Source: TPA_inf: Saccharomyces
Lineage: Eukaryota
Reading direction: 5' to 3'
NCBI GenBank assembly: GCA_000146045.2
Contig: BK006948.2
Location: 832,001-896,000 of the forward strand
Length of the DNA: 64,000 nucleotides
The translations under genes and the position numbers were made by a program. Below, piece by piece: positions 21,357 through 32,100 of the stretch. Position 1 is the stretch's first letter. Each line of letters opens with the position of its first letter. The notes beneath the pieces were generated by a model. The model searched no databases. It saw only the letters and a program-made list of their open reading frames with translations, and was not told the origin of the DNA.

Positions 21357-22112
21357 ATGGCTTTAAGGCTATTTCGAAAATCCAGTTTTTTTGCAAAGAT
21401 ATCAATGGAAGGCCCTAAAGGTTCATCGCCATTTGCGTTTTACGCATTTTATCAACTTTATTCGCACTTGAATCCGGGGAAATCGAGCAGCCTTTCTTTA
21501 GAAGATATTAGAAGAAGGCTATACCCCGACTTTAAAATAGATTACAATGAGAAAACTTCGTTGTTCATAACTTGGAAGAAAAAGTCCAATAAACATCACA
21601 CAATAGACACTAACGAAGAGAATTATATACTTAGAGGATGTATCGGTACATTTGCTAAGATGCCGATTGCACATGGTATTGAGAAATATTCCTTGATTGC
21701 TGCTTTAGAGGATAGGAGATTTTCTCCGATCCAGAAAAGGGAATTGGTGGACCTGAAATGCAGTTGCAACATCTTAGGCAACTTCAAAACTATTTTTCGA
21801 GGTGGTGGTAATCCAAATGGGGACATTTTCGATTGGGAACTCGGAAAGCACGGTATTGAACTGTATTTTAAGCATCCCAAAACAGGCACCACATGTAGCG
21901 CAACCTTTTTACCTGATGTTATGCCTGAGCAACATTGGAATAAAGAAGATACCTTTGCCAATTTAATCGAGAAGGCGGGTTACTGGGGCAATATTAGTGA
22001 AGTAATGGATAATTTTGAAACTTATTTCATTGAAGTAATAAGGTACGAGGGCAAAAAAAGTTCCATAACTTATGAGGAATTTAACAAACAGTTAAAAGAT
22101 ATAGAGGCTTAG
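21357..22112 (+). CDS. AMMECR1-domain protein of unknown function (YOR289W-like), 251 aa
   Basis: The conserved AMMECR1 motif LRGCIGTF is present. The track start at 21324 is a TTG codon. The first ATG, at 21357, gives MALRLFRK. Confidence 0.7.
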   Translation: MALRLFRKSSFFAKISMEGPKGSSPFAFYAFYQLYSHLNPGKSSSLSLEDIRRRLYPDFKIDYNEKTSLFITWKKKSNKHHTIDTNEENYILRGCIGTFAKMPIAHGIEKYSLIAALEDRRFSPIQKRELVDLKCSCNILGNFKTIFRGGGNPNGDIFDWELGKHGIELYFKHPKTGTTCSATFLPDVMPEQHWNKEDTFANLIEKAGYWGNISEVMDNFETYFIEVIRYEGKKSSITYEEFNKQLKDIEA

Positions 22113-22180
22113 AAAATAACCCTCGTTAGTTAGTCTTAGAAACATTAAAAAAAATATGCTTTTATACATTGATCAAGCTT

Positions 22181-22186
22181 AAAAAT
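22181..22186 (-). terminator. Pol III terminator T-run just 3' of the tRNA (TTTTT on the minus strand)
   Basis: The plus strand reads aaaaat directly downstream of the tRNA 3' end. On the minus strand that is ATTTTT. Confidence 0.7.
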
Positions 22187-22259
22187 TGGACGCAACCGGA
22201 ATCGAACCGATGACCTCTTCCTTGCAAGGGAAGCGCGCTACCAACTGCGCCATGTGCCC
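22187..22259 (-). tRNA. tA(UGC): tRNA-Ala, anticodon UGC, 73 nt, no intron
   Basis: The reverse complement reads GGGCACATGGCGCAGTTGGTAGCGCGCTTCCCTTGCAAGGAAGAGGTCATCGGTTCGATTCCGGTTGCGTCCA. A box (TGGCGCAGTTGG) and B box (GGTTCGATTCC) are present. The anticodon loop CTTGCAA gives TGC. Position 3 is G and its pairing partner at position 70 is T on the minus strand. Confidence 0.9.
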
Positions 22260-22275
22260 TGATGACTGTTGAAAC

Positions 22276-22615
22276 TGTTGTATCTCAAAATGAGATATGT
22301 CAGTATGACAATACGTCATCCTGAACGTTCATAAAACACATATGAAACAACCTTATAACAAAGCGAACAACATGAGACAAAACCCGTCCTTCCTTAGCTG
22401 AACTACCCAAAAGTATAAATGCCTGAACAATTAGTTTAGATCCGAGATTCCGCGCTTCCACCACTTAGTATGATTCATATTTTATATAATATATAAGATA
22501 AGTAACATTCCGTGAATTAATCTGATAAACTGTTTTGACAACTGGTTACTTCCCTAAGACTGTTATATTAGGATTGTCAAGACACTCCGGTATTACTCGA
22601 GCCCGTAATACAACA
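22276..22615 (+). mobile_element. solo Ty3 LTR (sigma element), 340 bp, TG...CA termini
   Basis: It starts TGTTGTATCTCAAAATGAGATATGTCAGTATGACAATACG and ends CCCGTAATACAACA. It lies 16 bp upstream of the tRNA 5' end, which is the canonical Ty3 integration position at Pol III start sites. Confidence 0.85.
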
Positions 22616-22811
22616 GAAACTCATTTCTAATGAGTGGTAAATACATTTGTGGGAAATATCTTTAAGGCCATCTCGGACCTGTATATAATCTCCGAGTATT
22701 TCCATTAAAGATGAATCAAATACATGAAATATCTATTAAAGACATATACTCAAGGAAAAGAAGTAGTAGATATATCTTCTTTATATATATTGCCCTGTGT
22801 TGCTAGCAGGG

Positions 22812-22985
22812 TGTTGGAACAAATAATTTGTTCCGTATTGGAAAATTTATAATTAGGTCCAAGAACAAGTTCACTATGATGACGACATATTACTTTGTTC
22901 AAAGAGATGGTTTAAAATAAATATGTATAGCAGAATTATAAGAGGCGAAATCGATCAATTAGTTGAACAATTAACTTAAAATCTA

Positions 22986-23016
<31 letters not shown>

Positions 23017-23100
23017 GGAAATATACGGCACGTTATACTAGAGATATTAAACATCCCAACTCGGTTAATGGGTACAATAAAAAAAAGAGGGATTAATGTT
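22812..23100. mobile_element. possible degenerate LTR remnant of uncertain family (starts TGTTGGAAC) plus a (TA)n microsatellite
   Basis: The TGTTGG start is typical of yeast LTRs. The segment lies next to a tRNA/sigma hotspot and is AT-rich without a conserved ORF. I could not match it to delta or tau from memory. Confidence 0.25.
22986..23014. repeat. (TA)n microsatellite
   Basis: atatatataaatatatatatatatatata. Confidence 0.85.
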
Positions 23101-23146
23101 TGTCTACGTATAAACGAATAAGTACTTATATTGCTTTAGGAAGGTA

Positions 23147-26100
23147 CTATACACTCGCTTCTGTCATGCTCGAGTCCGCTTCATCTGTGAAAGATTCAGC
23201 CACGCTTGAAGTAACAACAGGAGGCAAGACGAGGGGTCTGGTGCCATACTGTTCATCAAATTCAGTAAAGTCGAGTTGTGAGTTATCGCCCATTATCTCA
23301 CAGTATTTCTTCGTAACCACTTTTTCCAGTTCTAAAGAGTCTTCGTATACTACTGAACCCTCAGTATTGTATATCCTAGCATTGGAAAATATCAGATGAA
23401 AGTCTTGAAGGGTCTCTTTAAGGGAGTTGTAAGCTAGCGTTTCAATATGCGTGTTAATATTATCAAAGGCGACAGGGTACTTAATAATCATATAGTAGTC
23501 GGGATATAGTGCTTTGGAAGGTTTGGAGAGGAAAATGTCAGAAAGTTTCCTTCCAGCTTCATTTTCATAATTGAGAGCAAAGTGGTATAAGTCTAGAGCT
23601 TGTTTAGCAACTTTCTCTCTAATATCAATAGGACTCGTTGCCGCAGCGGGCGTGCGGACATAATCAAGCCCATTTCTTGCTTTTGGCGGCCTTCCTCGTC
23701 CACGTCCTCGCCCTCGACCACGACCACGACCGCGACCACGGCCCCTTGTTGAAGTTCTTGCTGATTTAACAGATGTTTTTCCCGCTGTACGTGGTTTTGG
23801 AATGTCCATAAAATCCTCACTGGGAGAGTTATCGCCAGTAACTGGACTTGATTCAAGCGCTGGTGGTTCAGAATTTTCAGATCCTTCAAGTTTCACTTTC
23901 TTAGGTCTTCCACGGGGCCTTCCTGCCTTTCTCTTTTTAGACAAGAAATCATCGTCATTCATTGCCAAATCCGTATCTGCCCGATCTTCGGCCGATATAT
24001 TATTAATTCTAGGACCGTCATTATCAGCGTCAATGTTTTCGCCTTTAATTTCTCCATTCCCATCAATCGCCTCGCTCTTATCTTCCTTCTTTGTTCGTTG
24101 TTTTCTTGCCTGCTTGTCATTTTTTTCATCATCGCTAACTTCAAATTGTCTTAACCACTGTTCTTCAGACATATTATCGTTGTAAGTTGCCGTCTTACGT
24201 TCTCTTGCACCCCTTCCATTGTAAACAGCAGCAGATTCTGATTCTTCACGTTTGAGCTCGGCACCAATATCTCTACTGTAAATATCAGGTAATTCACTCT
24301 TTTCTAAGAGACGGCTCTTTACTCCCAATTCTTCCTCCTTCTTTGATCTATCTTCATCCATCCTTGTAAGAACAGCCATTTCTTCGTCATTTCGAGCAAG
24401 AATTTCGTTGATTTCTGAGTCTTTTAACTCCTCTTCTTCTTCAACACCAGACTCTCTTTTCTTTCTACGTTCCTCTTCTGCATCCAGCAAAGATCTAAGC
24501 AACGCTTCTTGTTCCTCCGATGTAGATTTGTTATCGAATTTACCTGCTTGAATGACTTTACCATCGATATCTAGCTTCTTGTAGGCTCTCTCTAGGATAA
24601 CTTCTTCAACTGAATTCGTAGTAATCAATCTTAGAATTCTAACTTCATTCTTCTGACCTATTCTATGCGCTCTATCCTGAGCTTGCAAATCTTGATGAGG
24701 ATTCCAGTCAGTATCAAAAATAATGACAGTGTCTGCAGTTTGTAAATTTAAACCCAAACCACCCGCTCTAGTTGATAAGATAAAGCACAAGTATTCAGAA
24801 TCAGGGGCGTTAAATAGACGTAACAACTCACTACGTTCATCAGATTTTGTATGACCATCTAACCTCAGGTACTTGATATTAATGTACCTTAAAAAATCTT
24901 CCATAATATCCATAATTTGGGTCATTTGAAAAAAAATTAATACTCTATGCCCAGTTGCCTTAAGCTTAGGCAAAATTCTATCTAATAGTTCAAATTTACC
25001 AGCAACACGCCAAATATCATCATTCGTTTCTCTTGTTGGATTGATTTGGTCCTCAACTTCTTCAAATACAAAAGGATGATTACAGATTTTCTTTAGTTGC
25101 ATGATTTGATTATTGAAACCTCTTAAACCTACCATTTTCTTATTATTTTGATCACCGATAAAAAGACGACGATATTTCAACATTTGTTGGTACATAATTT
25201 GTTGTAAAGCGCTCATTTTGCACTTCACTACCTTCTCAACTTTATCCGGTAATTCTTTTTCTACATCCTTTTTCAAACGACGCAATAAAAAGGGTCTCAA
25301 GACTTTATGCAATCTCCTGATAACCAAAAGCGTCTCTTCTTCACTCAACTCAATTTTATCTTGCCCACCGGTGTTGGCAAAGGGTGTATTGAACCATTCA
25401 TCAAAAGATTTCACGGAATTGAAAATCTTGGGTAACACAAAATTCAATAAGGCCCATAATTCTGGCAAGTTGTTTTGAAGTGGTGTACCTGTCAAAATTA
25501 ATCTATAATCTGCATGGTAATGTGTGTTCAAGGTTAAAGAAAGCTTGGATTGCGCATTTTTCATTCTATGGCCTTCATCAATAATCATATGGACCCACTT
25601 GACCTTGGATAAAAGTGCTCTTTCTTTAATAATATACTCAAAGGTAGTCAGAACTACATCAAATTCACCTGCCCTTATTTTAGCCTGTTTGGCTTTCCTC
25701 TCATTTGGCGAACCTTTAAATGATATAGTTCTTAAGGTAGGAGCCCATTTCGCGAATTCACTGCTCCAATTTGACAGTGTAGATAAAGGAACAATGACTA
25801 AATATGGCCCACGAATATTCTTCATTTCATATAAATATGTAAGTAAGGATATCGTCTGGATAGTCTTACCAAGACCCATTTCGTCTGCTAAAATACCATT
25901 TAAATGATTATTGAAAAGCGAAACCATCCACTGTAAACCCTTGATTTGATAGTCCTTTAAGGTACCACCAACCAATATTGAAGGCTGCTTCTTGATATCT
26001 TCTTTAATTCTATGTGCGACATTGTAATAATCGACGTTAGAATTGTCGTCGTCGTCATCATATTCTTCATCCTTCATCTTGGGGACCATGGACAAATCAT

Positions 26101-28258
26101 CCACTTCCTCCGATGCTTCCTTTATGTGGGAATCAATCATTTCTTTAGTGTACTTTTGTTGATCTTTCACGGCTCTTGTTAAAGAATCTAAAAATGCGTT
26201 TGTTTGCCTTAGAAGATGTGTAATTCTTGTATCTTTGGTTTGGTCTAATAATTTTATATAGGCTTCCTCATCGTTCGCCTTTAAAGCCTGTAAACGTTCT
26301 TTTGCCTTTTTTTCAGCTCTCTTTTGCTCATCCCTTTCTAAATTAGTATGCGTAGCAATGAGTCTATGGCCAAACTTCAACCTTTTATTCTTTTTATCTT
26401 GTCTTCTATTATATTGATTGATGGCGGATTTATTCATCGACTTTAATCTGGCCACTGCCTCAGTCTTCTTCCTTTCTAACTTAAGTAATTCATGATTCTT
26501 ATAAAGTTGGTTTGTTAGCAATGCATCTTGAACGTTGATGTTTCTTATTTTCGAAAGAAAATTTGGATGTGTATTGGTTAATAAAGAATTTTGATGCCAT
26601 TCAAATTGTAATACATGACCTCTTACGGCTTTTTGTAACGGTAATAATTGTAAGGCGTAGTAATCGTAAAGAGCATTTTCCCTGGTTGATTCCGTACATT
26701 CGTCATTTAGTAGCTTATCCAAACAGTCATTTACCGTAGTATCTAGGTTCAATGCAATTAAAGTTTGGTAAATGTCAGTAGCGGTATGTGTGTCAATACC
26801 AACCGGTAGAACGCCAGGTTCAATAGTAAACTTTGCATGATCCGAATTGGCCAATAAAGTCTGATAATCGATATTACTATGTGAGATATTGGGCATCGTA
26901 AAAGAATCAACCATCATATCAGGATCATCTATATCTACCACTTTTATTCCTTCCTTATATTGATCTTGAAGGACGTTTAAAGGAACGGGTTTCTGCGGTT
27001 TTGGCGGGTTATTTTGCTCGGTGTGGGTCTTATTACTATTAGGAGCTGTTTTAGCTACGTTTGAAATGGTTTCGTTTTCCTCTTTTTTCGATTCTGTTTG
27101 CGTGATTGGAGTGCCACTTACAGTTTGCGAATTTTTATCGAGGGTGCCATTCTTCGCATTATGTACACTAGATGGACCAGCTGGTGAAACAGATGCAAAA
27201 TTTTCGTCTTTGCTATCTAAAGGTGCATTTCTGGTAAGCCCAGAAACGTTGTCAGTGTTAGTGTTATTGTAGTGGGAATTGGTGCCGGGTTGCTGCGTAT
27301 TGTTGCCGCCATTGAGATTTGATTGGTTATTTTGATCTGTGGGTTGTCTTCTTCTCGCAAACTCACTCAAAGACAGTAACATTCTTTTGAAATCTGGAGG
27401 ATGGTTAATAGATTTTTGGATAACAGCCTGAAATTCAAACGGAATAGGCTTTCTATTTACTAGACATTTTAGAGATGTGATTTGGGCCTTTAACAGTTCG
27501 GATTGCTCGGCAGTAAACATTGTCATGGGTAATCTTCTCCCCTGTTGCAGTCTCGCTTGTGCTTGTTGTGCCTGTTGTGCCTGTTGCGCTTGTTGCGCCT
27601 GTTGTGCTTGGAATTGTGCCTGCTGCATCTGCGCCTGCTGGGGCATAGGAGAATTTATCTGCGAACCTGGCATCACATTTGAATCCTGTATGTTGTGTTC
27701 TTGTAATGATCGATTTTGCGGTTGAAGCTCGGAATTATTAAGGTTTAAGTTATTATGGTTTGAGTTATCTGGTTTCTCCGCAGCATTTTCTCCATTGTTT
27801 GCTGGTGTTGGTGAAAAATTAGTTGCATTTAATGAACCAACCGAAGATTGCCGTTGTGGTAGCATGTTATTACCACCATTGCTATTTAATGGCATCTGTG
27901 TTTGCATGATTGGTGATTGATGAGCAGAAGTGCTAAAGGTCTCATTTCCATTCAATTGCATATTCGGAGCTAAATGCGGGGAAGCAGAAGCAGAAATGTG
28001 CGAGGAAGCATTATTCGGCAGTTCTGCTTGATCTGAAGAATTTGGAACAATATTTTGCTGAGAACCTGAAATGCCTTGCTGTTGGCGTTGCATTTGTAAT
28101 TCTTGTCGCTGCTTGGCAGCAAATTGCAACACTTTAGTCAAATAGATAAATTCCGGCACACTCGGAGCGTTCATTCCGTGTTCATTTCTCAAATGCTGCC
28201 ATCTTAAATAGCAGCGGTTGACCTCTTCGTTGCTAAATTGACGCTGTGGTATGTTCAT
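23147..28258 (-). CDS. SNF2: SWI/SNF chromatin-remodelling catalytic ATPase, 1703 aa
   Basis: It has an N-terminal Q-rich region (QQAQQAQQAQQAQQAQ), an HSA region, the SNF2-family helicase motifs ([26 protein letters not shown], the helicase C), an (RG)8 AT-hook-like stretch and a C-terminal bromodomain (YYMIIKYPVAFDNI). Confidence 0.95.
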   Translation of the reverse strand: MNIPQRQFSNEEVNRCYLRWQHLRNEHGMNAPSVPEFIYLTKVLQFAAKQRQELQMQRQQQGISGSQQNIVPNSSDQAELPNNASSHISASASPHLAPNMQLNGNETFSTSAHQSPIMQTQMPLNSNGGNNMLPQRQSSVGSLNATNFSPTPANNGENAAEKPDNSNHNNLNLNNSELQPQNRSLQEHNIQDSNVMPGSQINSPMPQQAQMQQAQFQAQQAQQAQQAQQAQQAQARLQQGRRLPMTMFTAEQSELLKAQITSLKCLVNRKPIPFEFQAVIQKSINHPPDFKRMLLSLSEFARRRQPTDQNNQSNLNGGNNTQQPGTNSHYNNTNTDNVSGLTRNAPLDSKDENFASVSPAGPSSVHNAKNGTLDKNSQTVSGTPITQTESKKEENETISNVAKTAPNSNKTHTEQNNPPKPQKPVPLNVLQDQYKEGIKVVDIDDPDMMVDSFTMPNISHSNIDYQTLLANSDHAKFTIEPGVLPVGIDTHTATDIYQTLIALNLDTTVNDCLDKLLNDECTESTRENALYDYYALQLLPLQKAVRGHVLQFEWHQNSLLTNTHPNFLSKIRNINVQDALLTNQLYKNHELLKLERKKTEAVARLKSMNKSAINQYNRRQDKKNKRLKFGHRLIATHTNLERDEQKRAEKKAKERLQALKANDEEAYIKLLDQTKDTRITHLLRQTNAFLDSLTRAVKDQQKYTKEMIDSHIKEASEEVDDLSMVPKMKDEEYDDDDDNSNVDYYNVAHRIKEDIKKQPSILVGGTLKDYQIKGLQWMVSLFNNHLNGILADEMGLGKTIQTISLLTYLYEMKNIRGPYLVIVPLSTLSNWSSEFAKWAPTLRTISFKGSPNERKAKQAKIRAGEFDVVLTTFEYIIKERALLSKVKWVHMIIDEGHRMKNAQSKLSLTLNTHYHADYRLILTGTPLQNNLPELWALLNFVLPKIFNSVKSFDEWFNTPFANTGGQDKIELSEEETLLVIRRLHKVLRPFLLRRLKKDVEKELPDKVEKVVKCKMSALQQIMYQQMLKYRRLFIGDQNNKKMVGLRGFNNQIMQLKKICNHPFVFEEVEDQINPTRETNDDIWRVAGKFELLDRILPKLKATGHRVLIFFQMTQIMDIMEDFLRYINIKYLRLDGHTKSDERSELLRLFNAPDSEYLCFILSTRAGGLGLNLQTADTVIIFDTDWNPHQDLQAQDRAHRIGQKNEVRILRLITTNSVEEVILERAYKKLDIDGKVIQAGKFDNKSTSEEQEALLRSLLDAEEERRKKRESGVEEEEELKDSEINEILARNDEEMAVLTRMDEDRSKKEEELGVKSRLLEKSELPDIYSRDIGAELKREESESAAVYNGRGARERKTATYNDNMSEEQWLRQFEVSDDEKNDKQARKQRTKKEDKSEAIDGNGEIKGENIDADNDGPRINNISAEDRADTDLAMNDDDFLSKKRKAGRPRGRPKKVKLEGSENSEPPALESSPVTGDNSPSEDFMDIPKPRTAGKTSVKSARTSTRGRGRGRGRGRGRGRGRGRPPKARNGLDYVRTPAAATSPIDIREKVAKQALDLYHFALNYENEAGRKLSDIFLSKPSKALYPDYYMIIKYPVAFDNINTHIETLAYNSLKETLQDFHLIFSNARIYNTEGSVVYEDSLELEKVVTKKYCEIMGDNSQLDFTEFDEQYGTRPLVLPPVVTSSVAESFTDEADSSMTEASV
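23691..23744 (-). repeat. in-frame hexanucleotide repeat (CGN CCN)n encoding RGRGRGRGRGRGRGRGRPPK in SNF2
   Basis: The plus strand reads cctcgtccacgtcctcgccctcgaccacgaccacgaccgcgaccacggcc. Confidence 0.85.
27553..27640 (-). repeat. imperfect CAG/CAA/GCN trinucleotide repeat encoding the (QQA)n tract of the SNF2 N-terminus
   Basis: The plus strand reads gcttgttgtgcctgttgtgcctgttgcgcttgttgcgcctgttgtgcttgg... and it translates to QQAQQAQQAQQAQQAQARLQQ. Confidence 0.8.
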
Positions 28259-29174
28259 GGCAGATAATTAATCGAAAGTCGTGAAAATAGCAGAAAGTCG
28301 CGATTAGAGAAACAACAGAATAGCTGACCTTCCCGATGATTTATATACAAAAGGTCCACGTACGTCACAAATATCTTCTTTATTGAGACTAGAGGTAACC
28401 TTTCTTTTAACTTATTGTCCTACCGCCTCAGGATGGCCCCGTTTCGTCAATCAATTTGTTGATATTTGTCTTTCAAACGCGGTTTTAACATATCGCGAAC
28501 AACGGTATTCGGGTAACAGCCTATCACTATTTTTACCGGCGGCTATTTTTCCTAAACCTAGTATATATACGCGAAAATTGGCTACCTGCAAAATTCCAAT
28601 AGTGGCGAATGTATTGGAATTAATCTGCAAGGAAAATAAGCGTTAGGAACTTCAACTGTATTTTGCTCACTAATTCTTCTTCATCATGTCTTCTTCTTTT
28701 TTTTTCAATTACTTGTTAGTTCTTAGTGTCCTTATGTTCACTCAGAATAGCCATTAAGAATCGTGTCTTTTTGGAAGTGAAGGAGTTTCAATAAAAAGAA
28801 AAAAGCGAATATTTCAACACTGTGTTCTAAGAAAAGGCTCTATAGCTTTTTTTATTAGTTTTATTAATTTGAAAAATGCCTTGTTTGTTTTATATATATA
28901 TATGTGTGTATTTAGGGCAGCCGCGGCCAACAGGGGGTATGGGTATGAAGAGGTGATAGAAGAGTGAAAAATGAAAAAAAATGGAAATCAAGGAAAGAGT
29001 AGTGAAAAAAAGAAAAAAAGGAAAAAAGGGCAAAAAGAGAACGCAATACCATAGAGTTGGAGGTGTTGGACTTGTGAATTTATTTTTGATTGAAAATAGT
29101 TCAGAGTCAATAGATTCTTCTTTAAAATAAAAAGGAGCCCAGACTTACTGATAGATCTTGCATATACTCCGGTA

Positions 29175-32100
29175 ATGGATATTCCCTCTTCAAACCAAAT
29201 TCAACATGGCCAAAGGAGTGAAAGGAACCGAAGAATGCCGAGGGCTTCTTTTTCTTCTACAGCCACTACTTCTACGGCGGCCACATTGACTTCCGCGATG
29301 GTACTGGATCAGAACAATTCGGAACCGTACGCAGGTGCAACATTCGAAGCCGTGCCAAGTTCTATTGTATCATTCCATCACCCTCATTCTTTTCAATCAA
29401 GCAACCTCCCAAGTCCGCATTCTTCAGGGAACCTAGAGCAGAGAGGCCGCCGATTGACTGAATCAGAGCCTTTAGTATTATCCTCGGCTGAACAGTCTCG
29501 AAGCTCTTCTAGAAACCCTTCTCATTTTCGATTTTTCACTCAGGAGCAAATATCCAATGCTGAAGGCGCTTCCACGTTAGAAAATACAGATTATGACATG
29601 GCCTGGGATGCCACCCCCGCTTATGAACAAGATAGAATCTATGGTACGGGCCTATCTTCCAGGCGTTCTTCTATTCGAAGTTTTTCCAGAGCATCATCTC
29701 TCTCAAATGCAAAGTCTTATGGATCTTTCAGTAAGAGGGGTCGCTCTGGTTCAAGGGCACCACAAAGGCTGGGAGAAAATTCTGACACTGGGTTCGTTTA
29801 TCATTCCGCTACACATTCATCATCCAGTTTATCGAGATATACGACCAGAGAAAGAATTCCTATTGAACTAGAAAGTCAAACAGATGAAATACTAGAAGAC
29901 GAGTCTTCTACACATTCTTTAGAATCTTCAGATAGTAGGCGATCTGCAAGCGAAAATAATAGAGGAAGCTTTTCTGGTCATGATGATGTTCATAATCAGC
30001 ATAGCGAATATCTAAAACCTGACTATCATGAAAAGTTTTATCCACAGTATGCACCAAACTTGCATTACCAAAGGTTTTACATTGCGGAAGAGGATTTAGT
30101 TATTGGTATCGCTGCTTACCAGACCTCAAAATTCTGGTATATTATTTACAACCTGTGCTGCTTCTTGACTTTCGGATTAGTTTATCTTTTAACGAGATGG
30201 CTTCCCCATCTCAAAGTTAAATTATATGGCGTGAAAGTGCCATTGGCTAAAGCAGAATGGGTCGTGATAGAAAATGAGTTTGGTGAGTTTGTCATACAAC
30301 CTATCGATCGACAGTGGTATAATAGACCATTAAGTACTGTTTTACCTTTTGAAAATTACCCTAATCCGTCATATGAACCAAATGATATCAATTTGAGCCA
30401 CCACCATGCCAATGAAATTAATCCAAATGTGCCTATCTTGATCACATTTGAATACAGATATATTAAGTTCATATATTCACCGCTCGATGATCTCTTTAAA
30501 ACTAACAATAACTGGATAGATCCTGACTGGGTGGATTTAAGTACCGTATCAAATGGTTTAACTAAGGGGGTTCAAGAAGATAGAGAACTTGCGTTTGGTA
30601 AAAATCAAATTAATTTGAGAATGAAAACTACTTCAGAAATTTTATTCAATGAAGTGTTGCATCCGTTTTATGTCTTTCAAGTATTTTCGATAATTTTGTG
30701 GGGCATTGATGAATACTACTACTACGCCGCATGCATTTTTTTGATTTCTGTACTGTCTATTTTTGATTCATTGAATGAACAGAAGAAAGTATCGAGAAAC
30801 TTAGCTGAAATGTCGCACTTTCATTGTGACGTTCGTGTTTTGAGGGATAAGTTTTGGACAACGATAAGCTCATCAGAACTAGTTCCGGGCGATATATATG
30901 AAGTATCTGACCCAAATATAACAATATTGCCTTGTGACTCTATTCTTCTGTCCAGTGATTGTATAGTCAATGAATCCATGCTAACTGGTGAATCTGTGCC
31001 CGTTTCGAAATTTCCAGCTACGGAAGAAACAATGTACCAATTATGTGACGACTTCCAGAGCACCCAAATATCGAGTTTTGTTTCCAAATCCTTCTTGTAT
31101 AATGGTACAAATATAATTAGAGCAAGAATTGCCCCCGGGCAAACCGCCGCTTTGGCGATGGTTGTAAGGACAGGATTCTCAACAACAAAGGGCTCCTTGG
31201 TTCGTTCCATGGTTTTCCCAAAACCAACTGGTTTTAAATTCTATAGAGATTCCTTTAAATATATTGGATTCATGTCATTAATCGCAATTTTCGGTTTTTG
31301 CGTCAGTTGCGTTCAGTTCATTAAACTTGGTTTAGACAAAAAGACAATGATATTAAGAGCTTTAGATATCATAACAATTGTAGTGCCACCAGCTCTGCCC
31401 GCGACTTTAACCATTGGTACCAATTTTGCTTTGAGTAGGTTAAAGGAGAAGGGAATATTTTGTATCTCTCCAACAAGGCTTAACATTAGTGGTAAAATCG
31501 ATGTTATGTGTTTTGATAAAACTGGAACACTTACCGAAGATGGCTTAGATGTACTTGGAGTACAAATATCGGAGCCAAATGGGGTTAGAGGCCAGAAGTT
31601 TGGAGAACTATTGAGTGATATTCGCCAAGTATTTCCTAAATTTTCTTTGAACGATTGTAGTTCGCCATTAGATTTTAAGTCCAGGAACTTTTTCATGTCA
31701 TTATTAACATGTCACTCGCTGAGATCAGTTGATGGAAATTTACTCGGTGACCCACTAGACTTTAAAATGTTTCAATTTACCGGTTGGTCATTCGAGGAGG
31801 ACTTCCAAAAACGAGCATTCCATTCATTATACGAGGGAAGACATGAAGATGATGTTTTCCCAGAAAATTCAGAAATCATTCCTGCGGTAGTTCACCCTGA
31901 TAGTAATAATAGAGAAAATACGTTTACTGATAATGATCCTCATAATTTTCTAGGGGTGGTGAGAAGCTTTGAATTTTTATCTGAGCTGAGACGTATGAGC
32001 GTAATTGTTAAAACGAATAATGACGACGTATATTGGTCGTTTACTAAAGGTGCGCCCGAAGTTATTTCAGAAATATGTAATAAATCAACTTTACCTGCAG

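Noticed and set aside
22616-22811. Imperfect inverted repeat gagtat...attaaag...attaaag...atactc immediately after the sigma element
   Set aside because: Short and AT-rich. It could be part of an LTR remnant or chance. Too weak to call a separate element.
23100-28258. Numerous 60-130-aa ORFs antisense to or out of frame within SNF2, YPK9, YOR296W, ISW2 and BUD7
   Set aside because: They are expected by chance inside long ORFs. All are fully contained in well-supported genes.
28383-28646. 87-aa plus-strand ORF in the SNF2-YPK9 divergent promoter
   Set aside because: Same reasoning: short, no domain, in a promoter region. It may also start at a non-ATG codon, since the ORF track translates TTG and GTG starts as M.
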